From positions 23,950,871 to 24,014,870 of the forward strand of contig NC_092676.1 in NCBI RefSeq assembly GCF_964355755.1: DNA of 64,000 nucleotides, read 5' to 3'. Origin of the DNA: Antedon mediterranea. Lineage: Eukaryota; Animalia; Echinodermata. The notes beneath the pieces are model-generated. The model was not told the DNA's origin. It worked only from the letters and a program-made list of their open reading frames with translations, and searched no databases. Shown here one piece after another: positions 1 to 11,749 of the stretch; positions within the stretch are counted from its first letter, which is position 1; every line of letters begins with the position of its first letter. A program made the position numbers and the translations under genes.

Positions 1-1810
1 TTTAAATTATGCCGTATCCTGTCTCAAATAATGCCAGATTGGGAAAAATAATGCCAGATCCCCAAAATGTGGCCCTAAAGAGCGCCACCAACGGTTGTAT
101 GTCTAATAAACGTTTGTAAAACCCCAACTGACACAAAATAGGGCCTAAATTGTATCCCTATGTCGTTCAAAAATTGTATTTTACTAATAATTCTAAAAAT
201 ATCTGGGGTGCGAAAATGGTAATTGCAAATGACACAAACACCAACCCACGAACCCTTCTCCCCCCCCCCCCCACCCCCAAAAAAACCTGTTACAGCCATG
301 GAAATTTAGAATTTTTGAGCTGAAATATGAGAGCTGCTCGATCTTTGCACTTAATTTCAAATATGAAAGGATCTTAGCCCACCATAATTAGAAAATGGCA
401 ATTATAATTTAAAATAGGAAATAAAAATATATATTAAGTGTCTCCAGGACCTCAGCCCCACAATGGTTGATAAGAAAATTTTGAAAAATGCTGATGGCCG
501 GAAATGCCACTTAATTTAAAATATGAAATAAAAATATATTTATTAGTGTCTCCAGGATCTTAGCCCACCATAGTTAAAAAATGGCAATAATTATAATTGA
601 AAATAGGAAATCAAAATATATATTAAGTGTCTCCAGGACCAGCCCCACCATGGTTGGGACTGAGGTACAAACATTTGGAAAATAGAGCTGCTCGATGGCC
701 GGAAAGGGCACTTAATTTCAGATATGAAATAAAAATATATTTATTAGTACCTCCAGGATCTTAGCCCACCATAGTTCGAAAATGGCAATTATAATTTAAA
801 ATAGGAAATAAAAATATATATTAAGTGTCTCCAGGACCTCAGCTCGTGGCTGGTGCTGAGGTAAGAAAATTTGGAAAAATAGAGCTGCTCAATAGGCGGA
901 AATGGCACTTAATTTCAAATATGAAATAAAAATATATTTATTAGTACCTCCAGGATCTTAGCCCATCATAGTTTTGAAAATGGCAATTATAATTTAAAAT
1001 AGGAAATAAAAATATATATTAAGTGTCTCCATGACCTCAGCCCCACCATGGTTGGGGCTGAGGTACAAAAAAATGGAAAAATAGAGCTGCTCGATGGGCG
1101 GAAATGGCACTTAATTTTAAATAAAAATTACCTCGCCCACATGGTCACTACTGGGGCTGAGAGGTGAAGAACATTTGGAAAAATAGGGTTGCTACGACGA
1201 TGCAAATGGAACATAATTTGAAATATGGAAAACAAATTCTCCTAGAAGAAATTCTTTTTAAAATTAGAGCTTCTAATTAGTTACTGGAAATTGCCATTTC
1301 AAGGGTTGGGGTAGGGGTGCGGCCACTTATAATTATGAACTGAAACAACAAAACCCCTTTCATAATGTTTTCGTTCAATTGTCTCTATATCTGGGGATCC
1401 AATAACCTGCATGGTCTCTGAAATAGAGCAACATAATTGGCCAATAGCTAGCCTCTTCGGATTTGTTGTGCTGCCTATATCGCACACACGGTAGTTTTCG
1501 AGCAGCCTTCCTATCCGAAGAGTCTATTTAAGTCCGAAACAAAAGGATGGAAGAGCTATTGTACGGAAAATCCGAACAGATCTGTTTTGTACGATATGAT
1601 ATTGTGTAAGGTGATATGTATTAAATTGCAAGATTAAACAAAATATTTTATTTTTGTTCTGTGGTATATTATTTTTTTGGTTGTTCAAAAAACACAAAAT
1701 TATGCCAGATTATGCTAAAAACGGCTAAATAATGCCGCGGCATTATGCCAGATGCCGTGGGCCTCTAAATAATGCCAAAAAGCATAATAATGCCAGAAAT
1801 GGCAACTATG
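1..1810. mobile_element. Probable non-autonomous hAT-like DNA transposon end with subterminal AATAATGCCAGA repeats; contains a tandem array
   Basis: Clusters of (A/T)ATAATGCC(A/G) motifs at 1-60 and 1697-1800, ending in TGGCAACTA (reverse TAGTTGCCA, resembling hAT-type termini). The other end is not visible. Confidence 0.4.
300..1250. repeat. Tandem repeat, ~195-bp unit, ~4-5 degenerate copies
   Basis: AAATGGCAAT(T/A)ATAATT...AATAGGAAAT recurs near 393, 579, 780 and 978; internal CTCCAGGA..AGCCCAC sub-repeat. Confidence 0.9.
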
Positions 1811-3826
1811 AGTACGATATAGGCCTAAGCAATACGTTTTTAACACGTGAAACCCCGGCTAAAAGGAGGCATCTCTATGAAACGGACACTTCAATCAAGC
1901 GAACGATAGGCAATATATATATATGGCGACTGTGTTTAAACTCAATGTACATTTTGTCCCCTTCATTTCACATCTGGTGTTTTGCTGTATTTTAAAACCT
2001 AGCTAAACTAACAAGTTTGTTGTATGCGAAGTCATGCGTTTAAAAAATATTTCTTGATATACATTTTTTTTATACATTAATATTCATGATCGTCTTTTTT
2101 TCTTCAGAATATTAACAGCATTCAGGTAATCCAGTGCATTTCGTACGTATAACTATGTAGGCCTATCTTTTGCAAATACAGTGTATAACAAAATCTTAAT
2201 TTATAAAACATGAGGTTTTTATTTTTAATTTCGTCTAATTGGATCACTCAAACCCTCCTGTCTAATAAAAGAAACGTTTAACGTAATCATCACCTAAATA
2301 GACCACCAGAACGTAATAATTGTTCTTTTAAACAGGTCGTTTGCCAAACATTGGCTAATCTGCACAAGCAATGCATCGGCATGCACAGAGTGTCTAAATT
2401 AAATGTTGATGGTAAATGTTGACCAATAATAATACACAGTTCTTTTATGGCGTTGGTGTGCTCTCCAACACCTGAGCAAGCGCTAAGCCCATTCAGCAGG
2501 CGCGAAACGTTTACCTTACAGTCTTCCTTCAAACATACCGTGTAATTAATGTTTGGACAGGCACAATGTTACGCTATTGACTGAGTAATTAGTAAACTAG
2601 TGCCAATATCAACCAAACAGTAATTAAACTGATAGTTTTAACAAAGCAGTTTGAAGTACATTATGTAAATAACATTTTATTGTACAGCGTATTCATTTCG
2701 GTATCCATACAAAACATTTGGATTTACTCGTTTAGTTAGATTACTTATTCAATTGGTCAAATCCCTCGCATCTTTTATTATCTTTGTAGAGAATCAACTG
2801 TAGGCCTATATACTTTAGCACACCTGGGATGACGCGGAACAAGTGGATTACACTTGAGTGTTATTGTAGTGCCTATTCTTGAATTAATTGGATTTTATAA
2901 CGAGTGTAGCACGTCTTTTCAAGTTTGGTAAAGTTGCGATTATGAATAAAAGAAAGGAAACGATGGGATCAAAAAAACGTTTAGAAATGTACACATCACA
3001 CGTGTTTGACTAAACTAACCCAAAAATGCAAAACAAATCAAACTAAATAAATAATTCAATTTATTATCATGAATAATTGATAATAACTTATTGATTTATT
3101 TCAATTCAAAAGCAAGTAGTAACATTATAAATTATAATATAACTATAATGAAAAGTAAATGTCATCACAGACAAACAGGAATGTAGCCTATATATAATTA
3201 TTTTATTCTAATATTTAAGATTTTATATAGGAAATACTAGTACACAAGCAAGAGAAATATCAAAATACGTAACTTTATGAAATTTACAAAGCCTACAATG
3301 CACAATATTATATTCCGGATTAATAATACAAAGATATTATAGTAAACCAATATCTCTATGGTAACACATAATAGTTTGTAGTAATTAGGTTATAGCCATT
3401 GAATGTACGCTGCTAAAAGTAGCCATTCAATAGAGGGCGATAAGCAGCTGTTTTGGTAATTTTTTTTAATGAATTAGCGAAGAAAAATCCCACAACAGTT
3501 ATTACTTCGTATTTATAGAAACATTGAAAAACAGGTATGGAATTTTTTTTAATGTATCGATCATGTGTAAAAGAAGAGACGTTTGCGGAACAAATTAGAA
3601 ACCCGTTAAAAGTAGTTAGTTTGCCATACCATTAAATATCAAAAAACGTTTACAGTATATATTGCTGCACGTTGTAAATGCAAAGTTAAATACAAAGTTT
3701 ACAATGGTGAAAGTTGTACAAAAATAGATAGAATGTCATATATTATGAATAATACATAGGGGTCCTAATGTTTAGAGACCGGAAAAAAGATATATTGGCC
3801 TTGGCATATTGAGCCTTGTCGATAGT

Positions 3827-6101
3827 CTATTTCTTAGCTAATATATCAAACTTGTTTGGAACGATTACATCCATAATTATTGAACTATCGTCAAGGCTAG
3901 GAAGCTTGTTTCCTTCAACGCCTGAGAGATGAAATCGCTTGAAAATCATTACCAGGAACATCCCAAGTGCTGTCATCGACATTTCCTCAGCTGGACATTT
4001 TCTCAAACCTGGCGATAACAAAAACTTTTATTTATTATAACTTTGAGTATCCTAAATTCAAGAAAATAATGGGGGAAAAAATGGTAATATTATTTAACAT
4101 GTATTTGTGATATGATCAACGAATAAAAGTGGTAGATTACTGAACAAAAGAGAAAATAAAACTGTAACCCATACTTGTAATGACACTTATATATAATAAT
4201 TCAAAGTGCCGAAAATGGAGCAACGAATTTTCTATTGATACTGGGTCAGATCATACTAGAAAATCTCACAAAATGCGGTATAATCCACACATCTTACCTG
4301 ATCCAAATGGCATAAAGCCAGGCGGATCGTTCTCCATGTCCAACCAACGTTCAGGTTTGAAAGCTAACGGCTCTGGCCAAGATTCTGCGTCATGATTTGG
4401 TCCCCAAAGGTTTGAGAAAATGATAATACCCTTCTTAAATGTGTATCCTTCAAATTGTGTGTCCTTACTTGAACGACGCGGCAATAATTGACCAAATGGG
4501 GTAGCCAGTCTCAAAGATTCCTGTAGAAAAATAATTTAGTGTTTGATTATTTTTATCATTTTCTTGGAGGCCATCTTCCACTAACAATAGATAGTTTACG
4601 TAGAACATACATTATACACATAAACATAGCATTAGTAGGCCCACTACATAATTACAATGTATAATTGAGAGGTACTTATAGTGAAGATGATGCTCAAAAT
4701 GTTAAGAATTATCAACCTTGATAACTGCATTCAGATACGGCATTTTCCTAATTACGCTTTCCGAAACATCATCGACATCCGATATAAAGCGGTCTATCTC
4801 CTCGCGTATCTGAAATAATTACGGTATATGTGTTAATACGGAGGGGTGCGTAAAGTTACATGAAAATCAAATATTAACTAGTTAAATATTAACTTAAAGA
4901 CATTTTTTATTTACTATTTATAAGACTATAGACTTGAAACTGAAATTTACAATACCTTATCTTGAACATCACTGTGCTGTATTATGAACACAATAGTCCA
5001 CTGAATTGCACTGCTCAGGCAATAGTAAAACGGAAAGAGATGCTTAACATTGTTAACAATCTCTTTCACATCCAATGTGGTTTCCCCAACACCTCCTAAG
5101 TAACCGTCTATCAGATCTTGGATGGTATCTTTCTTGAAGGTTTCGCGATGCGAGTCGATAAACGGCTGCAACGCGGTTTCCAGTCGGCCATGATCTTGGC
5201 GCATGGATGTGTACATTGGTGTTCTCCAAAACCATTGTACAATATTCGCTGGCGATCCCTTAAACCTGTGATTGATATTGCTCACGAGTGTCTCCTCTAA
5301 TTTGTGAAATTTCTCATCGTCATAGTCGAATCGTTCACCTCGGTTGATTGTGGATGCTAGTAGAATATTACAGACAGCCTGGTTCAGAAGATCACTGGCG
5401 TTGACAAGCTCGTTCTTGCCAAAGACAGTACTGACTGCTTTAGCCTCTTTCTTTATTAGACCCTCTATGTCCATACATTTTAATACCTCTTGTAAAAATG
5501 GTTTTCTTTCTTCTGCGCCTCCTAACCAGTCTTCCCACGAAATACTTCCTACAAATATTCAAATAAAAAGAAATCTCTTGCAAATATAATAAAAGTTACT
5601 TTTTGCCTACTGTACTCTTTTGTTAAATGCTATACCATTAATGCAAACTTATGGTGACTAAATTTTAAGAAATTCCATGAAGTCAAATAAACTAAGTGTG
5701 TAGGTGTTATAACCATAACCTTATAATTAACATGAATTGATTGGTTGATTGCTCAGTCTTATCTTATCTACTATGCTTATCTACAACATACTTATTAGGC
5801 CTACATTACCTGCAAATCCGATCTTCTCTAGTACCGCAGGCCTCCACCTATCTCTGCTGAAGTTATTGTCATTTTCTGATCCAGGTTCATAAGCCTTCTC
5901 AAGTACACTAGCACCGCTAAGTACGATAACATCTCCCACTGGGCCAAAATTTATCTTAAATACTGGTCCGTATTCCTTGCTCCATCTAGTATACGTCTTT
6001 GGAGGTTTACCTTCATATTTAATTTGGGGTATATGTCCTAATATCAAAGATTTCGGCGGTCCTCGCAATTTCTTGCCCGATTCTTCGCTTTCTGTAGCCA
6101 T
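3827..6101 (-). CDS. Atypical cytochrome P450, paralog A (~460 aa; exons 6101-5810, 5548-4956, 4809-4717, 4520-4298, 4008-3827)
   Basis: Spliced with GT/AG boundaries and continuous frame. Pro-rich GPP, CYP2-like GERFDYDDEKF and DLIDGYL, J-helix VQDKIREEID, MPYLNAVIK|ESLR (ExxR), FKPERW, heme motif FGS|GLRKCPA. Confidence 0.95.
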
Positions 6102-7172
6102 GTTATGTTGTTGATTTCAAAATGTCTAATGATCAGATCTTACTGTAGAAAATCTGAATAATCCGACAACTATTCAATTTAAATATTCGTCGGAAAGCCA
6201 GGATCAATGAGAGGAGCACGTGACCACGCTATTTAACCTATGAAATCATGCATAGCGCTTTATAATTTAAAACGGAAAAACGTAATAGATAAGCGATGCC
6301 GAAATCACATTTTCTATAGTTACCAGTCTCTCGCACTGAAAAAAACACCTCATACGCGGGGTTCCAACCCAAAAGCACACAGCGTAAAGTAGGCACAGAA
6401 GCTCCGATGGAAACGTTTTCATTTAGAAATTAATTGTACGTCGATAGATGAGAATTTCTCCATTGTTAAGTGTTCTTAGTTTTATTTTATTAACTATTTA
6501 TATTAATTATTTAATTGCAAATGTGAAACGAAACATTTTTATTATCGTAACACGGAAACGATTATATAAAATAACAATCGGCATGTACGGTAAACAACAG
6601 TGCAGTATTTATACCATTTATAGTAGGCCTACCATATTTATATCTAACGTAATAACCACAACCTCAACAGTCAATGAATATAAATACAGTAATATGAAAT
6701 CCTAGAAAAATATAAAGCGATGTTATAGCCGAAAACATCTTATTCACGGGTGATAGCAATATACATAAATTAGTATATATTGATTCGAGAAATGAAACTC
6801 GTTCAAACATTACAACTATAGGAGAATTCTAGCCTAAGTTACATTTTGTTTCGTCTCAAATGTTTGAAAGAAGTAGGATACTGCACCTTCAACCTCCCAC
6901 CATCGGATACGAATAATCCATCTTCGGTTAGGATTATCTCTCCCTTACCCTAACACCCCCCTCCCTCCCCTGCTAAAGGATCTTCTAATATCTCACCAAT
7001 ATCTTTGATCATCTCATACGAAGTTAAATAAGAAACATTTTTCCAGTACAATTGCTCAAATTAGCCTATTGATATAGGTCTCCGTATAAAATACATTATG
7101 TTCTCTGTTAAATCACAGAAAAAAATAGTTTCAATTAGTCTCATTTTAAATGTGATCAAAACAGATATTTGC

Positions 7173-9267
7173 TCAGTTAATCTCTGACAATAATCTGTTT
7201 GTAGCAAGTATATTAAACTTGTTTGGAAGGATGGTGTCCGTCAGCATGAAGCTGTCGTCCAGGCTAGGAAGCTTTTCTCCATCGACGCCTGCCAGATGAA
7301 ATCGCTTGAAAATCATTACCAGGAACAGGCGTAGTGCCGTCATCGACATTCCCTGTGCTGGACATTTTCTCAAACCTGGTGATGAAAATTTCCAACATAT
7401 TAGTATACAAACATTAAAAACAAAATCAATGTTTACATTAAAAGTCATGGGAAAAGAGCAAGCAAAGTTTCTAATATAAGATCACGCTATATTGGCAAAT
7501 CTGAGAAACGTTCAAATCAAAATCTTACCTGATCCAAATGGCATAAAGCCAGGCGGATCGTTTTCCATGTCCAACCAGCGTTCAGGTTTGAAAGCTAACG
7601 GCTCTGGCCAAGATTTTGCGTCATGATTTGGTCCCCAAAGGTTCGAGAAAATTGGCGTACCCTTCTTAAATGTGTATCCTTCAAATTGCGTGTCCTTAAT
7701 TGGACAATGCGCCATTAATTGACCAATTGGGGTGGCCAGTCTCAAAGATTCCTGTAAAAATAAATATAAGTAGGCCTATGTTATTTCGTGGTTGGTTCTC
7801 ACATGGACGCAACACAATGACGTATACGCGCAGTTTAGTGGGAACCAAGCTTACAGTTTCTTGTGTCGATAAAAAAAGTAAGATCGCGCGTATGTTGATA
7901 ACAATGATTAATGATTAAAGACTATATTCACCTTGATAACTGCGTTTATATACGGCATTTTGCTAACTATTATATCTTCGGAGATATCCTCTAGGTCCAT
8001 TATATATCGGTCAATCTCCTCATGCACCTTAAACAAAAGATTAGTCAATTTATACGACGAAGAGAGGTGATTTATCACAACAACGTATTAACATGATGTT
8101 ATTGCATTTACCCCCGCATTTACCGTAGGAATAATAATAATAATAGATTTTATACGTAATACCTTATCCTGAACATCACTATGCTGTATGATGAACAAAA
8201 TAGTCCACTGTATTGCACTGCTAAGAGAGTAGAAAAACAGAAAGAGATGCTTAACATTGTTGACAATCTCGTTCACATCTAAAGAGGTTTCCCCAACACC
8301 TCCTAGGTAACCGTCTATCAGATCTTGGATGGTATCCTTCTTGAAGGTTTCCCGATGCGAGTCGATATACGGCTGCAACGCAGTCTCCAATCGGCCGTGA
8401 TCGTATCGCATAGCGTTGAAGAGTGGTGTGCTCCAAAGCCATTGCAGAACATTCACTGGTGATCCTTTAAACTTGTGTTGACTGTTGCTCACAATTATCT
8501 CCTCTAGTTTGTGAAATTGCTCATCTGTATATTCAAATCTTTCACTTCGGTTGATTGTGGATGCAAGTAGAATATTATTGTTTGCTTGGTTCAGAAGATC
8601 GCTGACGTTGACAAGTTCGTCACCATACAAAACGGTGCAGACTTCTTTGGCCTCTTTCTTTATTAGACCCTCTATGTCCATACGTTTAAATACCTCTTGT
8701 AAAAAATGCTTTCTGTCTTGTGCGCCCTCTAACCAGTTTTCCCACGAGATACTTCCTGCATATCAATATTAAACAAGATTAAAGCCGATTGGTTGATCAT
8801 AAATACTGTAATCTGTGTTATTTTGATGTCAGATTAGAAAATTATGTAGGCTTGTGATTTAACTGTGGTTGTGAACTAATTTCAAATTTAAAATATATGT
8901 AGGCCTATATAATATAAATATATTTGATTAGCTTACCTACAAATCCGATTTTCTCTAGTGCCGGAGGCCTCCACCTATCTCTGAAGTTATTGTCATTTTC
9001 AGAGTCAGATTCATAAGCCTTCTCAAGTACACTGGCACCGCTAAGTACGATACCGCTTCCCATTGGGCCTAGACCTACTTCAAAAACTGGTCCAAATTCA
9101 TTGCTCCATCTTGTCCATGTCCTTGGAGCTCTCCCCTCAGATCGAATTTGGGGTAAATTTCCTACTAAGTAATATTGTGCTGGTCCTGATAAATCCTTTG
9201 AAGCTCCCGAAACCGGACATTTAGTAGGCTTTGTATTTGAGTCTTCGTTTTCGCTTTGTGTAGCCAT
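7173..9267 (-). CDS. Atypical cytochrome P450, paralog B (~481 aa; exons 9267-8937, 8755-8163, 8027-7932, 7751-7529, 7375-7173)
   Basis: Same intron positions and phases as paralog A (exon 2 is 593 nt and exon 4 is 223 nt in all three genes). ESLR, PERW, FGSGLRKCPA. No frameshift or premature stop seen. Confidence 0.95.
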
Positions 9268-10299
9268 TGTTGATTTAATATACAGTATGCTTGATTTCCG
9301 GACTTGTTATGCCGGATGAGTTCGACTGATCGTCATGGCATGGATTAATGCTTCGCTGTTTCATGGCCATCGTATAAATAATTCTTTAATTACAATATTT
9401 TTCAGATACTTACCGACAGTGAGTTGTAAAACTCCTGGTACTGGTAGGCCGACATATTTTTGTTTGTATATAGGCCTATAAGCACGTTTTAGTAGATATG
9501 TTATAATGCATCATTTGCGCCGCTACATGAAATTGTACGTTTGACATTCAGGTTTTTTTCTTTAAGATCATATTTAATGTGAACTTGAAAGTGGTTTAAG
9601 GATAAACTGACTGAAACATTATCGTAATTTCGTAACATCACTGTATAACCACTGAACAGTCAACAAAACTAGCAATAGGCCTGCATAGACATATAGGGCA
9701 ATATAACAATTCATCATTGGAAATAAAATGAAATTTATGACGATGTTTTGTTTGTAAAAGACATTAAAACAACATAATAGAAAAAAAAACTTTATTATAA
9801 ATTATCAATAAAATAATTGTGAATAATAAGCAGTGGAGAAAGCTAAAAGAATTGAAAATATTAAAAATGTAGACATGGTTATTCACTTTGTTACTCTATC
9901 ATTTTAAAATAATTGTGTTACTATGTTAGTATAAAATAGACTATGTGTAAACATCAATCAAATCATCTATCACATTAGCGTTCACTTTAATTTATCATAG
10001 GCCGTGTTTCTGCAGCCAAAAATTAACCGATAAACTGCCTGTGGAAACGGGGTTTAACCAGGGAGTTGTTATTAGAACAACTCCCTGGTTTAACCAATTT
10101 CATTTGAGAAAAATTAACCGTTAATTATCTCATTCAAATCGGATAATTATCTGGAAAATGCGTAAATGTTTAACTTTTGATTGAAGGACAAATTATTGCG
10201 TTGTGATTGGGAAACACTGCCATATTTATTTTTGGTCTGAATGTTAAATAAAATACACCTAGTATAAAATATTGATTTGGAATTCTCATTGTGGGAAGA

Positions 10300-11715
10300 T
10301 TATTTCCTAAGTGTTGCAACAACGTTAAAGTTCTTTGGATGAGTTGTTCCGGCCTCCATGTAGACATCATCCAAAGTTGGTATTTTCTCTCCTTCGACAC
10401 CTTTAAGATGAAATTTCTTGAAAATCGTCACTGTGAACATGCGCAGTGCTATCGGTGCAACCTTGTATCCGGCACATTTCCTCATACCTACAAAATATGA
10501 CAAACATGTATGTGACAAACGTGACAAACATAATTATGACAGACAGTCCCACACAGTCATGCAAACCCATGTACAATACATTTACCGCGTAAAGGCTAAT
10601 TTACACAGACGAGTGGTAACGGTAATAAAAAATATAGAATCTAATATTATTCCTTATGACCATTTACACACAACGCGGAGTAGACGGGCGGTTTCCGCTC
10701 AGGATTGATACAGATTCAACGCGGGACACGGTTTCCGCTTACCGTTACCGCTCGTCTGTGTACATTGGCCTTAACATGGAATGAACGCGAGTTGGTTGTT
10801 TATTTCGCGTAGGATTCGAGGTTTACATTCTCGAAAACACAGTTGGCAAATTTCGTAGATTACTTGATTGATTGCGCGTGTATCAAACGAATATCGCGCG
10901 AGATATTTAGTACCGTACTGTATTTCAGCGTATCTTTTTTGGAGCACACTAAATTTACGTTGAACAAAAACAACTCACCCATAGTTAAATGTTACCATAA
11001 ATGACTGGAGAGCCACTAGGCACTGTTTGTTTACACCTTTGGATCATGTCGGCCTTTTGTGGAAGTCGACATATTTATTCACAAGACTAATGTACAGCAC
11101 AACTCAACTTTTTACACAAGTTCGTAATATTACAAAATAAAAAAAACACCATATAAATACGAAAAGAAAACAATTTGAAAAGAATGTGACAGAATCCCTT
11201 CCATGTTCGATTACACGTGTCCGAAAACTATGAAGTATATTTACCTGAGCCAAATGGAATAAAACCATGTGGATATTCTTCCTTGCCTATCCAACGATCA
11301 GGTTTAAAAAGGAGTGGTTCAGGCCAGATTTCTGAATCGTGATGCGGTCCATAGATACTTGCGAAAACAGTAGTATCTTTCTTAACACGATAGCCCTCAA
11401 AGTTGACGTCACTGTGCGGACAGTGTGGCAGTATCTGGCCAACTGGTGACGCCAATCGTAAAGATTCCTAAAGTAATTTGAAAGAAATAGATTCTTCATA
11501 ATTAAATGTAATCCGTTTAATAATTAAAGTCTAGGACTAATTAATAATATAACTGATGATTTAATGACAACAATAATGATGATAGATGATTAGAATATTT
11601 ATAAATAGTGACGGAAGGAGATAATTGATGAAAATGTCGCCAAGGATTACCAATAGTAAATTAATCTCTGTGCTATCAGAAGTGGTAAAGGGCACACAGG
11701 CAAACTGTGTACACT

Positions 11716-11749
<34 letters not shown>

